Position numbers and translations under genes: made by a program. Shown here piece by piece: positions 57,769 to 64,000 of a stretch of DNA of 64,000 bases (position 1 is the first letter of the stretch; every line of letters starts with the position of its first letter). The notes under the pieces are model-generated. The model saw nothing but the letters and a program-made list of their open reading frames with translations, made no database searches and had not been told where the DNA came from. Source of the DNA: Sporomusaceae bacterium (GTDB lineage Bacteria > Bacillota > Negativicutes > Acidaminococcales > JAJUGR01); contig JAJUGR010000010.1 in assembly GCA_029265905.1 (NCBI GenBank), forward strand, positions 10,791 to 74,790, given 5' to 3'.

Positions 57769-58721
57769 GTAAGGTTGATTCCCGCTTGGCGGTCAATTTA
57801 GCCGGCTTGCAGCTCAATTCGCCGGTCATGACGGCCTCCGGTACCTTTGGGTTTGGCCTTGAATTCCGTGATTTTCTCGACTTGAACCGCGTCGGTGCGG
57901 TAATGGTCAAAGGCACAACCCTGGCGCCGCGCGCCGGCAACAGCGGACAGCGCGCGGTGGAAACGCCGGCCGGCATGCTCAACTGCATCGGCTTGGAAAA
58001 CCCCGGGGTAGATAAATTCTTAAACGAAACCCTGCCGCAACTCAGGGAGTATGATACGCAGGTAATCGTCAATATTGCCGGCGCGACGGAAGATGAATAT
58101 GCGCGGCTGGCGGAAAAATTGACAGTTCCGGGCGTTGCCGCCCTGGAGCTTAATATTTCCTGCCCGAACGTCAAACAGGGCGGGATTGCTTTCGGCACTT
58201 GCCCGGAGAGTGCGAGCGGCGTCGTGCGGGCAGTGCGCAACGCGACAGACAAGCTGGTTATTACCAAGCTGTCGCCGAACGTGACGGACATTGTCGCGAT
58301 GGCCAAAGCCACGGTCGAGGCGGGCAGCGACATCCTGTCGCTGATCAACACCTTGATTGGCATGAAGATCGACATCGACCGCCGCCGGCCGGTGCTGGGC
58401 AATGTGATCGGCGGCTTGTCCGGCCCGGCGATTCGTCCGGTGGCCGTGCGGATGGTCTATCAGGTGGCGCAGGCTGTCGACGTGCCGATTATCGGCATGG
58501 GCGGCATCATGACCACCGAAGATGCGCTGGAATTCATCCTGGCCGGCGCTTCCGCCGTCGCCATCGGCACGGGCAACTTTGTCGAGCCGGAACTGGCGGA
58601 ACGGATGGCGGATGAGTTGTCTGCCTACCTTGATAAAACCGGCACGGCGTCAATCACCGAGTTAATTGGCGCCGCCCTTCCCGAGCGGCAGACGAGGGAA
58701 GGCGGTGGCTGCACATGCTAG
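57765..58721 (+). CDS. pyrD: Dihydroorotate dehydrogenase, class 1B catalytic subunit
   Basis: 318 aa, GTG start overlapping the pyrK stop, with motifs [14 protein letters not shown] and [10 protein letters not shown]. Confidence 0.93.
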   Translation: MSKVDSRLAVNLAGLQLNSPVMTASGTFGFGLEFRDFLDLNRVGAVMVKGTTLAPRAGNSGQRAVETPAGMLNCIGLENPGVDKFLNETLPQLREYDTQVIVNIAGATEDEYARLAEKLTVPGVAALELNISCPNVKQGGIAFGTCPESASGVVRAVRNATDKLVITKLSPNVTDIVAMAKATVEAGSDILSLINTLIGMKIDIDRRRPVLGNVIGGLSGPAIRPVAVRMVYQVAQAVDVPIIGMGGIMTTEDALEFILAGASAVAIGTGNFVEPELAERMADELSAYLDKTGTASITELIGAALPERQTREGGGCTC

Positions 58722-59437
58722 CAAAAGAACGGCTGATTGTGGCGCTTGATTTTCCAGACGAACAAGCGGTCAAAAACCTGGTGGATACCTTGGGCGACGA
58801 AGTTGTCTATTACAAGGTCGGCATGGAGCTTTACTACAGCGTCGGCCAATCTGTTTTGGATTTCCTCGCGCAACGCGGGAAAAGGATCTTTTTGGACCTC
58901 AAGCTCCACGACATCCCGAACACCGTGGCGCAGGCCCTGGCCAGCCTGGCGACGCGCCCCGGCATTGACATACTGAACGTCCATGCCAGCGGCGGCCCGA
59001 CGATGATGAAAGAAGCGGCAGCCCGGATGCGTGCTGCCGCGCAAAAAGCAGGCCTGACCCCGCCGAAACTGATTGCCGTGACGCTGCTCACCAGCTTGAG
59101 CGAGGAAGAATGGAAGCAGTTGAACGGCAGCTTGTCCGTGCGCGAACAGGTGGTCTGCCTGGCCAAGCTGACAAAAGAATGCGGCTTGGACGGCGTTGTC
59201 GCCTCGCCACAGGAGGCAGCCGCGATTCGCGCCGCATGCGGCGACGATTTTCTGATCGTTACGCCGGGCGTGCGGCCGGCCGGGGCGGCAATTGGCGATC
59301 AAGTGCGCATTGCCACCCCGGCTACGGCCTTGTCTGACGGCGCTGACTACCTGGTTGTGGGCCGCCCGATCACCCAGGCCGCGGATCCGGTGTTGGCGGC
59401 TCGACAGATCATAGCCGAGATGGAGGGACATAAATGA
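58715..59437 (+). CDS. pyrF: Orotidine 5'-phosphate decarboxylase
   Basis: 240 aa with [17 protein letters not shown] and VVGRPI motifs. Confidence 0.93.
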   Translation: MLAKERLIVALDFPDEQAVKNLVDTLGDEVVYYKVGMELYYSVGQSVLDFLAQRGKRIFLDLKLHDIPNTVAQALASLATRPGIDILNVHASGGPTMMKEAAARMRAAAQKAGLTPPKLIAVTLLTSLSEEEWKQLNGSLSVREQVVCLAKLTKECGLDGVVASPQEAAAIRAACGDDFLIVTPGVRPAGAAIGDQVRIATPATALSDGADYLVVGRPITQAADPVLAARQIIAEMEGHK

Positions 59438-60006
59438 ACGAACAGGAAGTAACAAAACTGTTGGAAGAAACCGGCGCGATCATGCATGGCCATTTCTTGC
59501 TGACCTCTGGCCTGCATAGCCCGATGTATGTAGAAAAATTCAACGTACTGCAGCACCCGCTTTATACGGAAACGCTCTGCAAGGCCTTGGCCGAACGCTT
59601 CCGCAACGACAATGTCCAACTTGTCATCGGGCCGATGACGGGCGGCATTTTGCTGGCCCATGAGGTAGGCAAGGCGCTGGGAACGAGAGCGATTTTCACG
59701 GAGCGCGACAATGGCGTGATGACGTTGAAACGCGGTTTTTACATTGAGCCGGGCACGCGCGTGCTTGTCGTCGAGGACATCGTCACAACCGGCGGTTCCG
59801 TGCAAGAAGTGCTGCGCGTCGTCAAAGAGCAGGGCGGCGAAGCAATCGGTGTCGGCCTCTTGGTCGACCGCAGCGGCGGCAAGGCGGACTTCGGCGTAAA
59901 AACCGAAGCGTTGCTCAAACTGGCGATTGAAACCTATAAACCTGAAAACTGCCCCCTCTGTGCGGCTGGCGTGCCGATCACAAAGCGAGGCAGAACAGGT
60001 AAATAA
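59434..60006 (+). CDS. pyrE: Orotate phosphoribosyltransferase
   Basis: 190 aa with PRPP-binding motif VLVVEDIVTTGGS; ATGA overlap with pyrF. Confidence 0.92.
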   Translation: MNEQEVTKLLEETGAIMHGHFLLTSGLHSPMYVEKFNVLQHPLYTETLCKALAERFRNDNVQLVIGPMTGGILLAHEVGKALGTRAIFTERDNGVMTLKRGFYIEPGTRVLVVEDIVTTGGSVQEVLRVVKEQGGEAIGVGLLVDRSGGKADFGVKTEALLKLAIETYKPENCPLCAAGVPITKRGRTGK

Positions 60007-60008
60007 GG

Positions 60009-60683
60009 CTATTTGCGTTTGGCAGGCTTGCTTTTGGGCGAGTCTGCCTTTTCTTTTTTCTTGCCGGGGGCCGCTTCTTCCAAAACCGGCAGGGCCGACC
60101 AAAGATACCAGACGGCAAGCGTTCTCCAGGGATGCCACGGCTCGCTAATGAGGTTCAGCTCGCGGCGTCCGGGCAGTTTATCAAGCTTATGCCAAAGCTT
60201 GACGGCTTTTTGCAGACCGAAATCTTCGGCCGGCAAAACGTCGGGGCGCGCCAGCGCTAGGATCAAGAACATTTCCGCCGTCCAGCGGCCGACGCCCTTG
60301 ACAGCGGTCAACTGGCGGATGATCTCGGCATCCGGCAAGTCGGCCAGCGCAGTCAGTTTGATGGCGCCCTTTACGATACAATTTGATAAGTCGCGCAGAT
60401 AGCCGACCTTCTGCGGCGAAAGGCCAAGGCCTTTTAAAGCGTCTTCTGGCGCCGCCAGCAGCGGTTCAGGTTGCAGGTCGTGCTGAAAGTAGGCTGAAAC
60501 ACGTGCGATAAGTTCTTCTGCGACTTGGGGCGCTACTTGCTGTGATATAATGCCGCGCACCAAAGCGGCAAAATACTGCTCCGGCGCGACTGGTTGCAGG
60601 CGGCATGGCCCTGTGGCTTCAATCAGCTGCGCGAAAAAAGGATCAAGTTGCTTCAAATACTCCTCGCCTGACTGCCAGTCCAT
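60009..60683 (-). CDS. HhH-GPD superfamily DNA glycosylase (AlkA / 3-methyladenine glycosylase II-like) with a Lys-rich C-terminal tail
   Basis: The ATG at 60683 is preceded by GGAGG; the ORF-track start at 60791 is an upstream TTG. HhH motif LTAVKGVGRWTAEMF, catalytic Asp context PAEDFGL, and tail PGKKKEKADSPKSKPAKRK. Confidence 0.8.
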   Translation of the reverse strand: MDWQSGEEYLKQLDPFFAQLIEATGPCRLQPVAPEQYFAALVRGIISQQVAPQVAEELIARVSAYFQHDLQPEPLLAAPEDALKGLGLSPQKVGYLRDLSNCIVKGAIKLTALADLPDAEIIRQLTAVKGVGRWTAEMFLILALARPDVLPAEDFGLQKAVKLWHKLDKLPGRRELNLISEPWHPWRTLAVWYLWSALPVLEEAAPGKKKEKADSPKSKPAKRK

Positions 60684-60785
60684 AGTCAATCCCTCCTGAG
60701 GTAAACGATCATCATTGTCTATTATACCTGAATACGGAGAGGGAGAAAAGCCGGCCCGCATCAGCAAAAAGTTGCTTGTTAAGGC

Positions 60786-60814
60786 TTGCAAAATGGATTA
60801 AGTCATGCTAAGAT
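60786..60814 (+). promoter_or_regulatory. Promoter candidate of the tRNA cluster
   Basis: TTGCAA (60786..60791), 17-nt spacer, TAAGAT (60809..60814). Confidence 0.5.
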
Positions 60815-60847
60815 ATATAAGCGTCAGGCGAGTGCTTGATGCGTCGT

Positions 60848-60924
60848 GGCCCGGTAGTTTAGTCGGTTAGAATGCCGCCCTGTCACGGCGGAGGTCGTGG
60901 GTTCGAGTCCCATCCGGGTCGCCA
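60848..60924 (+). tRNA. tRNA-Asp (anticodon GUC), CCA encoded
   Basis: 77-nt cloverleaf with anticodon loop CTGTCAC and T-arm GTGGGTTCGAGTCCCAT. Confidence 0.93.
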
Positions 60925-60927
60925 TTT

Positions 60928-61002
60928 GCGGAAGTAGCTCAGCGGTAGAGCATCGCCTTGCCAAGGCGAGGGTCGCGAGTTCGAATCTCGTTTTCCGCTC
61001 CA
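60928..61002 (+). tRNA. tRNA-Gly (anticodon GCC), CCA encoded
   Basis: 75 nt, identical to the copy at 7125..7199 except for one D-loop base (CAGCGG versus CAGTGG). Confidence 0.95.
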
Positions 61003-61003
61003 T

Positions 61004-61079
61004 AGGGGTATAGCTCAATTGGTAGAGTAGCGGTCTCCAAAACCGTTGGTTGTGGGTTCAAGTCCTACTGCCCCTGCCA
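61004..61079 (+). tRNA. tRNA-Trp (anticodon CCA), CCA encoded
   Basis: 76 nt with acceptor AGGGGTA/TGCCCCT, anticodon loop CTCCAAA and T-arm GTGGGTTCAAGTCCTAC. Confidence 0.93.
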
Positions 61080-61210
61080 GAAATTCCTGAAAGAATCTCT
61101 CTTGTCGAGGGGTTCTTTTTTTATTTCTCAGGGATTATTAGGGTGAATCTTTGCCTTTGGTAGTATACCTGTCAGCCCTCTTGTCTAATACAAAAAAGGG
61201 GTGGACACGC

Positions 61211-62149
61211 ATGGTACAGGTAAGACATATTGCACCTGTATTGGGGCAGATGGAAGCACTGGAGGTTGTCGATGAATTTATTCTTTTTTGTAAAGCACAG
61301 GGGCTTGGGGAAGACAGCCGTAAAAGCCACAGGTATGCCCTGCAGCAATTCTTTGGGCTTTACAATGGGGCGCTGAGCGACACCAAAGGAATCCAAAAGG
61401 CACTAACGAGGATGCTTCAAGACAAACAGGACGCATACTACAATAAGCAACTGAACGCTATTCGCAAGTTCTTTGACTACTGTGTCGGTGAGGGTCTCAT
61501 GAAGTCGAATCCTGCCATTGGCTTTAAGTACAGGAGACCGACAGTCCAAATCGTGGAGCACTCAGAGGACAGCGTAAAGGCGTTGCTCAAGGTGATTGAT
61601 AAGGAAACCTTTGCGGGGCTGAGGGACTACGCATTTGCTGTCTTGATACTGGACACAGGCATCAGACCGAATGAAGCACTACAACTGCAAATATCAGACA
61701 TAGACTTTGAAGGTAAGCAAGTCAGGGTTCGCAGGGAATACTCAAAGACTCGCAAGGAACGCTATCTGCCAGTGTCGGGGCAAGTCTTGCAGGTCTTGAG
61801 AAAATTAATAACCGTTCGTCCTGACGTTTGGAAAGAGGCTGTTCCTGTCTTATGTTCTTTTGACGGTCACAGGATGCCAGCAAGGGGGATGCAAGACCGC
61901 TTCAGAAACTATTCTAGGATGATTAAGGCAAACATCACGCCATACCATCTTAGGCATATCTTTGGTCTGTGGTTCGTTCGTAATGGTGGCGATGCGTTTG
62001 TCTTGCAGAGAATCATGGGGCACACAAAGATGGACATGACGAGAGTCTATGTCAACTTAGCAGACACCGATATCAAGGAATGTCACGAGAAGGCAAGTCC
62101 CTTCGCTAATCTGTTAGCGGGAAAGCGGGTCAGGAATATTCACAATTAA
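61211..62149 (+). CDS. Tyrosine-type site-specific recombinase / phage integrase
   Basis: The ATG at 61211 follows AAGGGGTGG. An N-terminal SAM-like domain, then catalytic-domain residues in LDTGIRPNEAL (Arg), YHLRHIFG (His-x-x-Arg region) and GHTKMDMTRVYV (His...Tyr). Confidence 0.88.
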   Translation: MVQVRHIAPVLGQMEALEVVDEFILFCKAQGLGEDSRKSHRYALQQFFGLYNGALSDTKGIQKALTRMLQDKQDAYYNKQLNAIRKFFDYCVGEGLMKSNPAIGFKYRRPTVQIVEHSEDSVKALLKVIDKETFAGLRDYAFAVLILDTGIRPNEALQLQISDIDFEGKQVRVRREYSKTRKERYLPVSGQVLQVLRKLITVRPDVWKEAVPVLCSFDGHRMPARGMQDRFRNYSRMIKANITPYHLRHIFGLWFVRNGGDAFVLQRIMGHTKMDMTRVYVNLADTDIKECHEKASPFANLLAGKRVRNIHN

Positions 62150-62276
62150 CCTTCCTTAGGGCGTTCAAAGGGGAATTTCAAGGGAAACCTTTCGAAGCCT
62201 ATTCAGAAACACGTTCATTCCCTGTTCCCCCCCCTATGGGGTATCAACGACTGATATTGAGGAGGATGGAGACAAT

Positions 62277-62591
62277 ATGAGGAATAAAGAAAAAGCACAA
62301 CAAAGACAAGCATTGATGAAAGCGGTGAGAGCCAACAGGCGGCATGACGAGGCAACCAGTGAGTACATCTGGGAACGCATGGGAACACTCAGCGAACCGC
62401 AGGAACTCACTGAGGAACAGCAGAGCCTCTTTGATAAACTCAAGGAACTCCTGAGCGATAGACCTGAAGCCATAGCGTTACTTTGTCATTATGACTTCGC
62501 TATGACAGAGAAAGCCTCTGTCTTAATGGAACAAGCGTATCGACAGGGTTTCAAAGATGGACTGAACAGCAAGACCGCAAGAACCGCATAA
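62277..62591 (+). CDS. Hypothetical island protein (104 aa, helical, charged)
   Basis: ATG at 62277 downstream of GAGGAGGA. No recognised domain. A hairpin plus T-rich tail follows. Confidence 0.45.
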   Translation: MRNKEKAQQRQALMKAVRANRRHDEATSEYIWERMGTLSEPQELTEEQQSLFDKLKELLSDRPEAIALLCHYDFAMTEKASVLMEQAYRQGFKDGLNSKTARTA

Positions 62592-62891
62592 ACAAAACAT
62601 CAAGGCTGTCCATGTGATGGGCAGTCTTTCTCTTTGGGTCGCACTAAGGAAATTGCTGATGGGTTCGCCTTTACGCAGACTAGGGTTACTCCTAAAGGTA
62701 TCGAATGGATTGCCCTAAGGTGGTGGTCGTAGTGGTTTATCAACAACGACAACAACAAAACAGATACCTAAGGGGCAGGTGGAAACTAATGGAAATAGCC
62801 AGGTATCCTCATGTCAACACTCAATGCTTGTCTTTATTGAATGTTCACATCAAGACACCTAATCTAGGGGAGAATCCTTACGGTACGATTT

Positions 62892-64000
62892 TTAGTATTT
62901 TTCTATATTAGAAACAGACAAATTTTCGTACCTTAGAATACGCCATACTTGTTCTTTGCGTCCTTTGGTTTTCTTTGGGAAAGACTCAAGGCGAATAGTG
63001 TACCCGTATTTCTCTAGGTACTCATTGATTTTCCCGATACTGTGTTTCATTTTGTGGTCTTTGCACAAGGCTATGATGCTGTTCTGTTGGGGTTTGCTGA
63101 GGAACTCAGGGTTTCCATAAGATTCCAAAAGGTCAACAAGCAAAGAGACACCTAAAGTTGTTACAGTTATGCTGTCGTATCTGTCTTGAAACAATTCCTG
63201 ATAGGCTTCCAGCATGTCCCCCTTAGCGGTAAGTTCCTTGAGGGTCGCAAGGTCATGTCTCTTGTTGGCTACCATCATTTGGTTTATAACATAGCGGTTG
63301 TCGTTGGAATCAGCGTCTTGGGCAAAGATAGGCAGTCGTCTTGAGTGTCCTTTCCATTCGTCCTTATTGTCCACAAAGAGGATGTCGTTTTCAATTTGCG
63401 TCTTCCTTGCGTTGAGACTATACCACCGAGGGACAGCACAATAGACCGTCTTTAACTTCCGAGGGTTGTCCTTGCTTCCTTTGCGTACCCTTGCTATCAG
63501 TTGGAAAATCGAGGTCTCAGAGGGATTCCCAAAGATGAATAGGTACTCGAAGTCCTCATTGATTGATACGCCTGTGTTTAACGCAGAGGTCAAGAATAGA
63601 ATGTCAGCGTCGATTCTTTCTGTTGCCGCAAGTCTGTCTAACTGTTCTTCGTCGCAGTGGACAAATAAACGGTTGTGTCTGGAGCAGATAAAGGAGACTC
63701 TCAGTCCTAATTCGTTCTCTAGGTCTTTGAAGCGGGAATATTGCTCGTACAATTCAGCAGCGTTACTGTCGAATACGAGAATCCTTTTTCCTTCCCTAGC
63801 GAGTGTCTCAAGGTGTTTCTTAAGGTGGTATTCGCCGTCTTTGTCCCTTTCTACGTAAGGAGCAAGACAAACTGTCTGAACATTGTGGTTAGAGGTATCA
63901 AGGTCTTTAAGGACTTCGACAGGTCTATCCCAAAGATTCTCTATGCACTTAAGGGCTTCAGGTGTGCCAGTCATAAGAATAACGGTTGCACTGCTGTTAT
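62892..64000 (-). CDS. Superfamily-2 helicase (C-terminal RecA-like domain plus an unknown ~190-aa C-terminal region), 5'-truncated by the window edge
   Basis: The frame stays open upstream of the track's first Met (…NSSATVILMTGTP). Motif III-like MTGTP, motif IV KRILVFD, motif V LFLTSALNTGVSI, motif VI FQLIARVRKG. Confidence 0.7.
   Translation of the reverse strand, partial: NSSATVILMTGTPEALKCIENLWDRPVEVLKDLDTSNHNVQTVCLAPYVERDKDGEYHLKKHLETLAREGKRILVFDSNAAELYEQYSRFKDLENELGLRVSFICSRHNRLFVHCDEEQLDRLAATERIDADILFLTSALNTGVSINEDFEYLFIFGNPSETSIFQLIARVRKGSKDNPRKLKTVYCAVPRWYSLNARKTQIENDILFVDNKDEWKGHSRRLPIFAQDADSNDNRYVINQMMVANKRHDLATLKELTAKGDMLEAYQELFQDRYDSITVTTLGVSLLVDLLESYGNPEFLSKPQQNSIIALCKDHKMKHSIGKINEYLEKYGYTIRLESFPKKTKGRKEQVWRILRYENLSVSNIEKY

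Larger units (their letters stand above)
61080..64000. mobile_element. Left end of an integrative element (genomic island, prophage remnant or ICE) inserted next to tRNA-Trp; the right end is outside the window
   Basis: A tyrosine integrase starts 131 nt after the tRNA-Trp 3' end. The sequence is visibly AT-richer, with frequent AGA/AGG Arg codons where the core uses CGC/CGG. The genes it carries are unrelated to the flanking housekeeping genes. Confidence 0.6.

Noticed and set aside
60824-61018. 64-aa minus-strand ORF over the tRNA cluster. ORFs at 7045..7314 (-) and 7118..7318 (+) overlap the solitary tRNA-Gly in the same way.
   Set aside because: They overlap well-formed tRNA genes, and two of them share the peptide [17 protein letters not shown] simply because the tRNA-Gly sequence is duplicated. 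They are not coding.
62705-62911. 68-aa plus-strand ORF in the island spacer
   Set aside because: It has no RBS. Its poly-Val/Gln N-terminus derives from the GTGGTGGTCGTAGTGG / CAACAACGACAACAACAA low-complexity DNA. Its 3' end overlaps the 3' end of the helicase gene.
1-64000. Looked for CRISPR arrays, rRNA genes, IS/transposase genes, toxin-antitoxin pairs and obvious frameshifted pseudogenes
   Set aside because: None found. The only repeats are the paralogous permeases, the duplicated tRNA-Gly and short inverted repeats. All large ORFs are intact.

Overview
Chromosomal window from a GC-rich, Firmicutes-type anaerobe. T-box and PyrR leaders, an O-antigen-ligase-family gene, a Na+-pumping methylmalonyl-CoA decarboxylase and a HydABC hydrogenase together suggest a Negativicutes/Sporomusa-like organism; this is inference only. 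Almost all genes lie on the + strand. In order: a CDF metal exporter with an attenuator-like leader; a Tyr T-box-controlled shikimate operon (DAHP synthase, tyrA, aroA, aroC, aroB); tRNA-Gly; tig-clpP-clpX-lon-engB; an AbrB-type membrane protein and a GntR regulator; a Val T-box with valS-folC; an O-antigen-ligase-like protein. Next is a roughly 9-kb hydrogenase locus. It holds five coupled regulatory-looking genes (DRTGG, GHKL kinase-like, HydS-like, DRTGG, PHP), then hydC, a GHKL ATPase, a ferredoxin, hydB, hydA and rex. Then comes a complete succinate-to-propionate operon (CoA transferase, split B12 mutase, MeaB, epimerase, MmdA/D/C/B plus a 46-codon ORF missing from the ORF track). After it are two tandem paralogous permeases, a family III CoA transferase, two hypothetical proteins, two more IT-superfamily permeases, an M20 amidohydrolase and a PyrR-leader-controlled pyrB-pyrC-carA-carB-pyrK-pyrD-pyrF-pyrE operon. 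The window ends with an AlkA-like glycosylase, a tRNA Asp-Gly-Trp cluster, and the left end of an AT-richer integrative element (tyrosine integrase, small unknown protein, truncated SF2 helicase). No CRISPR, rRNA or IS element was seen. The most interesting items are the uncharacterised HydS-like/DRTGG/GHKL/PHP module, an identical 21-nt Rex-like motif at two operon fronts, a structured ~230-nt RNA region between rex and the propionate operon, the CDF leader attenuator, and the truncated island at tRNA-Trp.
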